Shown one piece after another: positions 8,176 to 16,160 of a stretch of 25,082 nucleotides of DNA. The notes beneath the pieces were generated by a model. The model saw nothing but the letters and a program-made list of their open reading frames with translations, did no database searches and had not been told where the DNA came from. Both the position numbers and the translations under genes were made by a program. The stretch comes from Thermoplasmata archaeon. Its GTDB lineage: Archaea > Thermoplasmatota > Thermoplasmata > Lutacidiplasmatales > UBA184. Location of the stretch: positions 1-25,082 of the forward strand of contig JASHYY010000104.1 in assembly GCA_030042815.1 (NCBI GenBank), read 5' to 3'. How positions within the stretch are numbered: position 1 is the first letter of the stretch; every line of letters starts with the position of its first letter.

Positions 8176-8863
8176 GCACCATCCGCTCCCCGGTCGGGAA
8201 GTGGTCGAGCAGCGGGCCGAGGTTCTCCCGCAGCTCGGCTTGGATCGCCTCGACCGACCGCGTCGAGTCGACGACCGTGAACCGGTCGGTCTCCGCGATC
8301 CGGTCGTACTCCGCCTTCAGGCGCGACTGGAACCGCTCGTAGCTCTCGTGGAGGTCGTCCGAGAGGCCGAGGTCCATCCCCGCCTCGTAGTAGTTCATCT
8401 TCTGGCGCGACGCGATCTTCCGCTTGAGGGTGACCTGCACCGGGACGCGGAAGTAGAAGACGCGGTCCGGCCGCGGGGCGAACGAGTAGATCGTGCGCAC
8501 CCAGTCGGGGTCGCAGCCGCGCGCCGCGTCCCGGACGAAGGCGGTGAACGCGTAGCGGTCGCAGACGACGAGGTAGCCCGCGCGCAGCGGAGGGAGGATC
8601 CGGCGCTCGAAGCGGTCGGCGAAATCGGTCGCGTGGAGGAGGGAGAACGTCGTCGGCGTGAGCAGCCCCTTCTTCTTGCCGCGGCGGATCACGCTCGAGA
8701 CGAGCTCGGAGGAGTTCCACTCGGTCGTGAAGACGCGGTAGCCCCGGGAGGAGAGCCACTTTCCGAGGAGCATCGCCTGGGTTGATTTCCCGCTCCCGTC
8801 GAGGCCCTCGAAGACGAGCAGGCGGCCGGAGTAGCCGTGGGCCGGCAGCGACGCCTCAGGCAT
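8165..8863 (-). CDS. Thymidylate-kinase-fold P-loop kinase; putative catalytic subunit of a heteromeric polyphosphate kinase (cPPK3)
   Basis: Intact EGLDGSGKST, VCDRY, YYEAGMD and basic patches RRGKKKG and KRKIASRQK. Overlaps the ppx stop by 8 nt. Confidence 0.75.
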   Translation of the reverse strand: MPEASLPAHGYSGRLLVFEGLDGSGKSTQAMLLGKWLSSRGYRVFTTEWNSSELVSSVIRRGKKKGLLTPTTFSLLHATDFADRFERRILPPLRAGYLVVCDRYAFTAFVRDAARGCDPDWVRTIYSFAPRPDRVFYFRVPVQVTLKRKIASRQKMNYYEAGMDLGLSDDLHESYERFQSRLKAEYDRIAETDRFTVVDSTRSVEAIQAELRENLGPLLDHFPTGERMVHDG

Positions 8864-10409
8864 CGCGCAGCCGGACCTCCAGGCCGAAGACGCGCTCCAT
8901 CGGTTTGCGGGACTTCTCCGCCCAGCGGGGGGGGAGGGTCGTATCGACGGGAGCAGAAAAGCTGAGCGAGAGCGTCCGGCCGCTCCCGGTGAGCGCGAAC
9001 CGCGGCCGGGCCGGGGAGAGCATCTCGGCGACCTCGAGGATCGCCCCGAGGCGGTCGGCCGTCTCGAGGTCGGGGGGACGGATGATCGGCAGGAAGTCCT
9101 TCTTCCACTCGGAGGGCGGCGCGTCCCCCTCGTGCAGGTAGGTCGCCATCGAGGCGAGGAGGACCTCGCGCTGGTCGAGGCCCCAGATCGGGTAGTTCTG
9201 GATGAGGTAGGCCGAGTGGTGGGCGTGGTTCCACAGGTCGATCGCCGTCCCGGCGTCGTGCATCAGGGCCGCGACGCGCAGGGCCCGGGCCTCGGTCGGG
9301 CCCCCGCCGAACCGGGGCGCGAGGACGTCGAAGAGCGCGCGGGCCGTCTCCGCGACCTCCCGCCCGTGGTCGAGCCGAAACGCGAACGACTCGGCCGCCG
9401 CCGCCGCGGACCGTTCGGTCAGCACGTCGGCCGAGACGGGGAGCTTCGCCCCGATCGCCTCGAGCGCGATCCCTTCCCGGATCCCGGTCCCGGAGACGAG
9501 GATCCGGTCGACGCCGACCGCGCGCACGAGCTCCTGCAGCACGACGATCCCGGCGAGGATCACGTCCGCCCGGTCGCCCCCGATCCCCGGCACGGCCCGG
9601 CGCTTCGCGGTCGGCATCTCGGAGAGCAGCTCCCGCAGGGCCTCCATGTCGTGGTCGGTCAGAGCGTAGCCGTGGACGCGCCGCAAGGGGTACTGCCGCA
9701 TCTCGACCGACGCCCGCGCGAGCGCGCGCACCGTGCCGCCGATCCCGATCAGTCGGGTCGAGGTCCCGCCGAACGCCTCGAGCACCGACGTGAGCGTCGT
9801 GCGGACGTGCGCCCGCAGCTCGTCCCACTCCCGTCGTTTCGGCGGGTCGTGCTCGAAGTACCGCTGGAAGAGCCGGAGGACCCCGAGGGGCAGGCTCACC
9901 GAGTTGCGCAGCGTGCCGGACCGGACCTGGGCGAGCTGGAGGGAGCCGCCGCCGAGGTCGAGCACGAGGTCGTTCTCGAGCTCCCAGGCCCCCGCGACCC
10001 CGAGGTAGCCGTAGCGCGCCTCCTCGGCGCCCGAGAGGATCCGGAGCAGGACCCCCGAGGTCCGTTCCACCTCGTGGACGAACTCGGGCCCGTTCGGTGC
10101 GTCGCGCACGGCGCTCGTCGCGACGGCGAAGGTCTTCGTGACCCCGAGCGAGCGGACGATACGCGCGAACCGGCGCAGGGTGGCGACGCCCCGCGCTCTC
10201 GCCGCGTCGCTGAGTTGCCCCCCCGGCCCCGGCGCGAGCCCGAGCCGGGGGACGTCCTTCGCCTCGTAGACGGCGCGCACCGTCTCCGCCGCGGCCTCGA
10301 ACTGGACGAACCGCGCCGTGTTCGAGCCGATATCGATGACCCCGACGGTCCGGGCCTCCCCGTTCCGGTGGCGTTCCCGCTCGGCCGAAACGTGACGGGC
10401 CCGCTCCAC
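8856..10409 (-). CDS. ppx: Exopolyphosphatase Ppx/GppA with C-terminal HD-like domain
   Basis: VIDIGSNT, ATSAVRDA, GAEEARY, DLGGGSLQL, GGTVRA, RADVILAG, GIREG, then LMHDAG...HAHHSAYLI. Confidence 0.93.
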   Translation of the reverse strand: MERARHVSAERERHRNGEARTVGVIDIGSNTARFVQFEAAAETVRAVYEAKDVPRLGLAPGPGGQLSDAARARGVATLRRFARIVRSLGVTKTFAVATSAVRDAPNGPEFVHEVERTSGVLLRILSGAEEARYGYLGVAGAWELENDLVLDLGGGSLQLAQVRSGTLRNSVSLPLGVLRLFQRYFEHDPPKRREWDELRAHVRTTLTSVLEAFGGTSTRLIGIGGTVRALARASVEMRQYPLRRVHGYALTDHDMEALRELLSEMPTAKRRAVPGIGGDRADVILAGIVVLQELVRAVGVDRILVSGTGIREGIALEAIGAKLPVSADVLTERSAAAAAESFAFRLDHGREVAETARALFDVLAPRFGGGPTEARALRVAALMHDAGTAIDLWNHAHHSAYLIQNYPIWGLDQREVLLASMATYLHEGDAPPSEWKKDFLPIIRPPDLETADRLGAILEVAEMLSPARPRFALTGSGRTLSLSFSAPVDTTLPPRWAEKSRKPMERVFGLEVRLRDA

Positions 10410-10430
10410 GGAGGGGGAACGGGTCCACCT

Positions 10431-10489
10431 CTAATTAGCCTCGGGTCGCGGACCCGCGGTCCCGTGCCGGTCTCCGAATCGCTTACAAC
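10431..10489. promoter_or_regulatory. Divergent promoter region ppx / CHAD
   Basis: Palindromic CTAATTAG (10431-10438) lies about 22 nt before the ppx GTG. TTACAA (10483-10488) lies about 35 nt before the CHAD GTG. Confidence 0.45.
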
Positions 10490-10523
10490 GGAGCGCAGGC
10501 TGGGACGCCCCGGGGAGCGCGGA

Positions 10524-11438
10524 GTGCCCGAGCGGCGGAACGGGTCGAACCACGGCACCGACCGGCTGGCCCGGGAGCTGCGCCGGCTCCTGGACGAGGT
10601 CGCCCGCGGGGTCGAGGCCGTCGTCGAGCGGTCGCACGCGACCCCCGCCCTGCTCCACGACCTTCACCGCGACATGCGGCGGCTCCGGACGGGGCTCGCG
10701 GTCTGGGACCAGCTCCTCGACCGGTCGGACCGCACCGTGCTCGGGCCGATCGACCGCCGGATCCAGCGCCTCGCCCAGCTGATCGGCCAGGTGCGGGACC
10801 GCGACGTCGCGGTCGACCTCCTCGGCAGCGTCGAGGAGAAGGCGCGCTCCCGGTCGGAGCGGGAGCGGCTCGACCGCTACCGGGGGCGGCTCCACGACGA
10901 CGCCCGTACCGGTCGCGAGCTCCTGCGGGCGTTCCTGCGCTCGGAGCGGGACGCGCTGCTGTTCGACGAGGTGCGCGCGTCCCTGCGCGCACCGATCCGT
11001 CCGCGGCACCGGAACCGACTCGCGCGCCTCCTCGAGGAGCACGAGGCGCGGGGGCACGCGAAGCTCGAGTCGGCGCACCGCAGGGCGCGCAAGCACCCGA
11101 CGATGGACCGGCTCCATCGACTGCGCATCCGGGTCCGGCGGCTGCGGCAGATCTCGGACCTCACCGGGACGCTCGACCCGAACGCGGGAGGCGCGGTGTC
11201 GGCGTCGCTCCGCCGCCTGCAGCAGCAGCTCGGCCGCCTCCACGACCTCGACGTCCTCCTGGTCGGCCTCGACCCGCCGCTCCGCGACACCCGCTGGGCG
11301 AGGGCGCTCCGCAAGGAACGTCGACGGCAGCGGCGCGCCGTCGTGAAGACGATCCGCTCGTTCCGCCCCGGGCGGGCGCCACGCGCCCGAGGCGTCGGGG
11401 GCCCTTCGCTCGATTCCGGCCATCGGCCAGCTCATTAG
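10524..11438 (+). CDS. CHAD-domain polyphosphate-binding protein
   Basis: Two CHAD repeats: LHDLHRDMRRLRT...IGQVRDRDV and LHRLRIRVRRLR...LGRLHDLDV. GTG at 10524 follows GGGGAG. The 9132 start in the ORF track is an antisense-to-ppx extension. Confidence 0.88.
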   Translation: MPERRNGSNHGTDRLARELRRLLDEVARGVEAVVERSHATPALLHDLHRDMRRLRTGLAVWDQLLDRSDRTVLGPIDRRIQRLAQLIGQVRDRDVAVDLLGSVEEKARSRSERERLDRYRGRLHDDARTGRELLRAFLRSERDALLFDEVRASLRAPIRPRHRNRLARLLEEHEARGHAKLESAHRRARKHPTMDRLHRLRIRVRRLRQISDLTGTLDPNAGGAVSASLRRLQQQLGRLHDLDVLLVGLDPPLRDTRWARALRKERRRQRRAVVKTIRSFRPGRAPRARGVGGPSLDSGHRPAH

Positions 11439-11459
11439 CCGCCGGGGTTCCCGGGCCCC

Positions 11460-12968
11460 GTGGCCCCTTCCGCCGGCGGTCTCCCGGACGAGATCCGGCT
11501 CGCGCTCGGGGAGACCGGCGCGATCGGGGCGACGGTGCGTCAGCTCGCGACCCGCGTCGAGCGGGGGACGCGGCCCGTCGAGGAGGTGTTGGACGCGCTC
11601 GCGGACCGCGGCGAGGTGCTGCGGATCGGCCGGGGCCTGTGGGTCCTGCGCGACTACGAGCGGCTCGCGGGCCGGGACGATTTCGTCGACCCCGCGGCGT
11701 ACGTGGAGCGGTTCGAGCGGGAGAACGGCGTCGCGCTCGGGCATAGCTCGGGGCCGATCACGTTCCGGTCGAACGAGGCCCTACCCGTCCACCGCTGGTG
11801 GCCGTACGTGCAGGGGTACTCGGCCGAGTTCGTGGGGGGCGTCCTCGCCGCCGCGGGGATCGGCCCGGGGACCACCGTGCTCGACCCGTTCGCCGGCAGC
11901 GGCACGACCCTCGTCGAGGCCCGCCGGGCGGGCGCCCGCGCCCTCGGCACCGAGCTCCTCGCGCCCGCGGTCCTCGCCGCGCGCGTCAAGACCCGACTTG
12001 AGCTCGACCCCGTCCGTCTCGCGTCCGAGGCCGACCGCCGGGTCCGCGCGGCATCCCGCCGCGACACCGGCCCCCTGCCGTTCCTGAGGGAGACCCGACG
12101 CCAGTTCTCCTCGTCGGCGCTCCGCGACCTCACGCGGCTGCGCGACGCGCTCCCGGCGGAGGGGACGGCGGTCGCCGACGCGCTGCGGCTCGCGTTCGGC
12201 CGGATCCTCATTCCCGCGAGCCGTCTCCACCGGTCGCCGTGCCTCGGCTACGACCCGCGCGCCCGGGCGGACGGACCCGAGCCGGTCGAGCGGTTCCGGG
12301 ACGCGGTCGCGACGATGGTCGACGACCTTCGCACGGTGCGACGCGACCCCCGGCCGCTCGGCCCCCCGGCGGTCATCCGGGCGCAGGACGCCCGGTCCGC
12401 CGGGTGGCCCGAGCGGTCGGTCGACCTCGCGGTCACGAGCCCGCCGTACGTCAACGGGATGGACTACGTCATGAACTACAAGGTCGACCTCGCCTGGCTC
12501 GGGTACGCCCGGTCGTACGCCGACCTGCGCGCGCTGCGCGGGGCCGAGGTCGCCTGCGACAACCTGCCGCGCTCGGAGACCCGGGCCTACCTCGCGACGG
12601 ACGACCCGCCGGACCCGTGGCTCGCGGAGATCCTGCCCCGGATCCGGGAGAACGTGCGGCGCAAGGGCTCCTACCGCCGCGACGACATGCACGCGGTGGT
12701 GCACCGGTACTTCGCGGACCTCGCCCCGGTGCTCCGGGAGGTCCGTCGGGCGCTCCGGCCCGGGGGGCGCTTCGTGGTCGTGGTCGGCGACTCGCTGCTC
12801 GCGGGCGCGTACGTTCCGGGCGACCTCCTGCTCGCCCGCCTGGGGGCGGCGGCGGGGTTCTCGATCGTCTCGGTCGAGGTCGCCCGCTCGCGGCGCAGCG
12901 GCCAGCGCCGCAGCTTCGAGCTCCGGGAGTCGGTGGTGACGCTCGAGCGCCCGCGCTCGAGCGGCTGA
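11460..12968 (+). CDS. Amino-group (probably N4-C) DNA methyltransferase with N-terminal winged-helix-like domain; orphan
   Basis: HRWWPYVQGYS, motif I LDPFAGSGTT, later motif IV VTSPPY. The N-terminal ~70 aa look like a wHTH (TVRQLATRV...VEEVLDALADRGEVLRIGRGLW). Exact start uncertain. Confidence 0.8.
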   Translation: MAPSAGGLPDEIRLALGETGAIGATVRQLATRVERGTRPVEEVLDALADRGEVLRIGRGLWVLRDYERLAGRDDFVDPAAYVERFERENGVALGHSSGPITFRSNEALPVHRWWPYVQGYSAEFVGGVLAAAGIGPGTTVLDPFAGSGTTLVEARRAGARALGTELLAPAVLAARVKTRLELDPVRLASEADRRVRAASRRDTGPLPFLRETRRQFSSSALRDLTRLRDALPAEGTAVADALRLAFGRILIPASRLHRSPCLGYDPRARADGPEPVERFRDAVATMVDDLRTVRRDPRPLGPPAVIRAQDARSAGWPERSVDLAVTSPPYVNGMDYVMNYKVDLAWLGYARSYADLRALRGAEVACDNLPRSETRAYLATDDPPDPWLAEILPRIRENVRRKGSYRRDDMHAVVHRYFADLAPVLREVRRALRPGGRFVVVVGDSLLAGAYVPGDLLLARLGAAAGFSIVSVEVARSRRSGQRRSFELRESVVTLERPRSSG

Positions 12969-13006
12969 CGGCACGTTCATCGGGGACGACGCCCGTACCG
13001 GGAGCG

Positions 13007-13297
13007 ATGTACTGCCCCGTGTGCGGCCGCGCGATGACCGGGCCCGGCGCGGCCGCGGTGCCGTATCCGATGTTCCTCTGCGGGCAGGACGGAGTCGTCT
13101 ACGACCGGCGGCGCGACGCCTGGCACGGGCTCCCGGACATCGACTCGAAGCTCTGCTGCCCGATCTGCGGCGGGGCGATGGAGAAGGAGCCGAAGGAGCC
13201 CCCGCATCGGATCTTCTTCTGCTACCAGTGCGGCACGACCTTCGACCGAGAGCGGCGCGCCTGGTACGGCCTCGCCTACCACCAGGCGCCCCCGTAG
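13007..13297 (+). CDS. Small tandem zinc-ribbon-like protein (96 aa)
   Basis: ATG at 13007 after GGGAG. Two repeats: CPVC..CGQD..YDRRRDAWHG and CPIC..CYQC..FDRERRAWYG. Confidence 0.75.
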   Translation: MYCPVCGRAMTGPGAAAVPYPMFLCGQDGVVYDRRRDAWHGLPDIDSKLCCPICGGAMEKEPKEPPHRIFFCYQCGTTFDRERRAWYGLAYHQAPP

Positions 13298-13312
13298 CGT
13301 CGGGCGTGCCGA

Positions 13313-13687
13313 TCAGCGGCGCGCCGTCCGCGGACGCGGGGGCCGTCGCTCGAGGTCGCGGCCGAGCGACGTGAGCGTCTCCTCCCAGTACGAGCGGAAC
13401 GGGTCGAGCCACACCTCGACCGCCTCGAGCCGCCGACCCCGCAGCGCGAGCCGGTGCACCCGCCCCTCGACCGTGCGACGGACGAGGCCCGCCCGCTCGA
13501 GGACCCGCAAATGCTTCGACACCGCCGGCAAGCTCATCGCGAACGGGGATGCGAGGTCGGTGACCTTCGCGGGCCCGACGGCCAGGCGGGCGAGGAGGCG
13601 GCGGCGGGTCGGGTCGGCGAGCGCGCCGAAGAGCCGGTCGAGCGCCGCGTCGGCGGCGGTGGGGCGCGGGCGGGGCCGTCGCGGCAT
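13313..13687 (-). CDS. ArsR/SmtB-family transcriptional regulator
   Basis: ALADPTRRRLL...SLPAVSKHLRVLERAGLV...EGR motif, with no metal-binding Cys. Start at ATG 13687. Confidence 0.9.
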   Translation of the reverse strand: MPRRPRPRPTAADAALDRLFGALADPTRRRLLARLAVGPAKVTDLASPFAMSLPAVSKHLRVLERAGLVRRTVEGRVHRLALRGRRLEAVEVWLDPFRSYWEETLTSLGRDLERRPPRPRTARR

Positions 13688-13700
13688 GGAAACCGCCCCC

Positions 13701-13726
13701 AATAGTAAACCAAATAGTTTAATATT
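13701..13726. promoter_or_regulatory. Inverted-repeat operator between divergent arsR and SRPBCC genes
   Basis: AATAGTAAAC-CAAATA-GTTTAATATT, with arms matching at 9 of 10 positions, in the 82-bp divergent gap. Confidence 0.7.
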
Positions 13727-13769
13727 GTCGCCGCGTTCCGGCGTTCGGCCCCCGGGCCCGGAACCGACC

Positions 13770-14183
13770 ATGTGCCGACCCGTGCACCACGAAGTGGACC
13801 TCCCCGCGACCCCGCGCGACGTGTTCGACGCCTACCTCGACAGCCGGCGTCACGCGCGCATCACGGGCGGACCGGCGAAGATGGGCCGCCGGGAGGGCGA
13901 GCGGTTCTCCGCGGGCGACTACATCTCCGGGTTCAACCTCGAGATCGTCCCGGCGCGGCGGATCGTGCAGGCCTGGCGGGGGAGCGACTGGCCGGAGGGA
14001 GAGTACTCGATCCTACGCCTCGAGCTCCGACCGCGGGGCAAGGGCTGCCGCCTCGTCGTCGACCATATCGGGATCCCCGAGGCGTTCCGGGAGGGCGTGG
14101 ACGAAGGCTGGTACCAGTTCTACTGGGAGCCGATGCAGCGGTACTTCGGCGAGGCCCCCGAGAAGCCCCGGGCCCGGGCGTAA
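13770..14183 (+). CDS. SRPBCC/AHSA1 (START-like) domain protein
   Basis: LPATPRDVFDAYLD, LEIVPARRIVQAWR and GWYQFYW motifs, in the classic pairing with ArsR. Confidence 0.85.
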   Translation: MCRPVHHEVDLPATPRDVFDAYLDSRRHARITGGPAKMGRREGERFSAGDYISGFNLEIVPARRIVQAWRGSDWPEGEYSILRLELRPRGKGCRLVVDHIGIPEAFREGVDEGWYQFYWEPMQRYFGEAPEKPRARA

Positions 14184-14281
14184 GGCCAGCGGCCGGCCGA
14201 GCGGCGCGGCCCGTGCGCGTCGAGGCAAACGCTTAACGGGGGTCGACGCGCCTCGCAACTTCGGACTCGAGGTGTCCGTCC

Positions 14282-15022
14282 GTGCCCGTCCGCGAGAGCG
14301 AGCCCCGCTTCCTCGAACCGCTGCTCGGGATCGTCTTCGACCTGGACGGCACGCTCGTCCTCTCGCACCACGACTTCGGCCGGATGCGCAAGGAAGTGAT
14401 CCGCCTCGCCGAGCAGCACGGGGTGCCTCCCGGCCACCTGTCGGTCCAGGACCCGATCCACCGGATCGTGGAGAACGCCCGGGAGGTCCTGCGCACCAGC
14501 GGGGCACCGGACGGCACGATCTACCGGTTCGAGTCGGAGTACCAGAAACGGATCGACACGATCGAGCTCGAGGCGCTTCCGCGGACGGTGGCCCGCCCCG
14601 GGGCGGCCGAGCTCCTCCGCACGCTCACCGGCCGGGGGTTCCGGCTCGGCGTCCTCACCCGAAGCTCCGAGACGTTCGCCCGGCAGGCGCTGCACCGGAC
14701 CGGGCTCGAGTCGTCGTTCGCCTACCTGCGCACCCGCAGCGCCCCCGGCCCGGCGAAGCCGTCCCCCGAGGCCCTCCTCCTACTCCTGCACGAGATGGGG
14801 GTCCCGCTCGACCGCGCCCTGTTCGTCGGCGACCACCTCCTCGACGCCGAGTGCGCGGTGCGGGCCCGGGTCCGCTTCTACGCCATCCTGCCCGACCCGT
14901 CCGAGCCGACGACCGGCTCGATGACCGCCGACCGGTTCCTCGCGGCCGGCGCCTCCGCGGTCGCGACCGACCTCGGCGACCTGACACGCCAGCTCAACGT
15001 CGCCGCGCCGCGCACGGCGTAG
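14282..15022 (+). CDS. HAD-superfamily hydrolase (phosphoglycolate phosphatase-like)
   Basis: FDLDGTL, LTRS, KPSP and VGDHLLD motifs I-IV. GAGGTG SD lies 7 nt before the GTG, and TTAAC TATA-like sits at about 14233. Confidence 0.85.
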   Translation: MPVRESEPRFLEPLLGIVFDLDGTLVLSHHDFGRMRKEVIRLAEQHGVPPGHLSVQDPIHRIVENAREVLRTSGAPDGTIYRFESEYQKRIDTIELEALPRTVARPGAAELLRTLTGRGFRLGVLTRSSETFARQALHRTGLESSFAYLRTRSAPGPAKPSPEALLLLLHEMGVPLDRALFVGDHLLDAECAVRARVRFYAILPDPSEPTTGSMTADRFLAAGASAVATDLGDLTRQLNVAAPRTA

Positions 15023-15035
15023 GCGCGCGGCCCCG

Positions 15036-16040
15036 TTACAGGTACTCGGCGTAGGCGTGGATCACCGCGCGCTCCGCGGTCGCCCACGCCTCGGGGATCT
15101 GGTTCCATCCGTTCCGCTGGTCCCCGACGCAGTAGAGGCCGGGAATCGGATCCCCCGAAGGATCCGAGAGCGCCCGGCAGTCCTCGTCCGTGACGACGTA
15201 GCCGTCCCGGTCGAACCGGCATCCGAGCGCCCGCGGGATCGCCTCGTGCCGGTCGTACCAGCCGAGCGCGCTGAACCCGCGGTCGTAGCTGCGGTGGCTG
15301 CCGTCCGCGAACCGAACGCCGAACCGCTTCTCCCGGATCTCGTCGAACCCGACCATCTCGGCCTCGTACGACGTCACCCCGTGCTCGGCGAGCGCGGCCG
15401 CGAGCGCCGCGCGTTCCTCCGGGGGCACGCCGTCGAGAACGGGGTGGCCGTGGGTCAACAGCTCGACCGACCGGGGCCGGAAGTGCCCGAGGTCGAGCGC
15501 CGTCCGGGCGGCGAACGCGTCGTGCCCGATCACCGCGACCGACTTCTCGCCGAGCAGGTGGCCGTCGCACAGGATGCAGAAGTCGACGATCCCCTGGTTC
15601 GCCCAGGGAAAGATCGGGTCGATCCGGCCCCCAACCTCGGGGATCCGGTCCACGACGCCCATCGCGAGGACGAGGACCCGGCCCCGCGCGACCAGCGTCT
15701 GCTTCAGCCACTCGAACGTGACGGAGTAGTCGGCGTCGCCCCGCGCCGCGACGGCCGCCCGCGCCGGGGCGAAGTAGCCGACCGACCCGTCGACCTTGCG
15801 GACGGCCGCGACCTGCCGGTCGAGGAGCTCGTGGCCCGAGACCCCGTCCGGGAACCCGGGGATGTTGTCCATCTTCGGCGCGTAGTACGACCGGGAGTAC
15901 TTCGGCCCCCGGTCGAGGACGGCCGCCGTGTGCCCGAGGAGCGCGGCCTTGAGGCCGGCCTGGAGACCGGCGTGGCCGCCGCCGACGATGACGAAATCGT
16001 ACGACTCCTTCAGCCGCGGAGGCCCGGGCATCGGTCGCAT
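15036..16040 (-). CDS. Thioredoxin-reductase-like FAD-dependent disulfide oxidoreductase; start at 16040 or 16031
   Basis: IVGGGHAG (FAD), CILCDG (CxxC) and GLYCVGD. Confidence 0.85.
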   Translation of the reverse strand: MRPMPGPPRLKESYDFVIVGGGHAGLQAGLKAALLGHTAAVLDRGPKYSRSYYAPKMDNIPGFPDGVSGHELLDRQVAAVRKVDGSVGYFAPARAAVAARGDADYSVTFEWLKQTLVARGRVLVLAMGVVDRIPEVGGRIDPIFPWANQGIVDFCILCDGHLLGEKSVAVIGHDAFAARTALDLGHFRPRSVELLTHGHPVLDGVPPEERAALAAALAEHGVTSYEAEMVGFDEIREKRFGVRFADGSHRSYDRGFSALGWYDRHEAIPRALGCRFDRDGYVVTDEDCRALSDPSGDPIPGLYCVGDQRNGWNQIPEAWATAERAVIHAYAEYL

Positions 16041-16116
16041 CACCCCGACGGGGGATTTGATGGCTCGCCGCGTCGCCGGACCCGCCGGGGCGCGACGGGC
16101 CGTCGCCCGCGACGGC

Positions 16117-16127
16117 AAAAGTTAAGG
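16117..16127 (+). promoter_or_regulatory. BRE/TATA-like element of carAB
   Basis: AAAAGTTAAGG is the most prominent AT-rich patch in the divergent gap, about 35-40 nt before the proposed carA start. Confidence 0.55.
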
Positions 16128-16160
16128 GCCGTACCCTTCCTCGGTTCGTTCGGGTTCCTC

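Noticed and set aside
7411-8863. Annotation as ordinary dTMP kinase (tmk)
   Set aside because: Tandem duplication, the degenerate P-loop in one copy and coupling to ppx argue against it. Not formally excluded without phylogeny or assay.
9132-10523. 768-aa ORF 9132..11438 as a fusion protein
   Set aside because: The upstream part is the antisense shadow of ppx. Only the CHAD portion from GTG 10524 looks like a real protein.
11460-13297. Restriction-modification or other defence island
   Set aside because: No nuclease, specificity subunit, toxin or mobility gene is adjacent.
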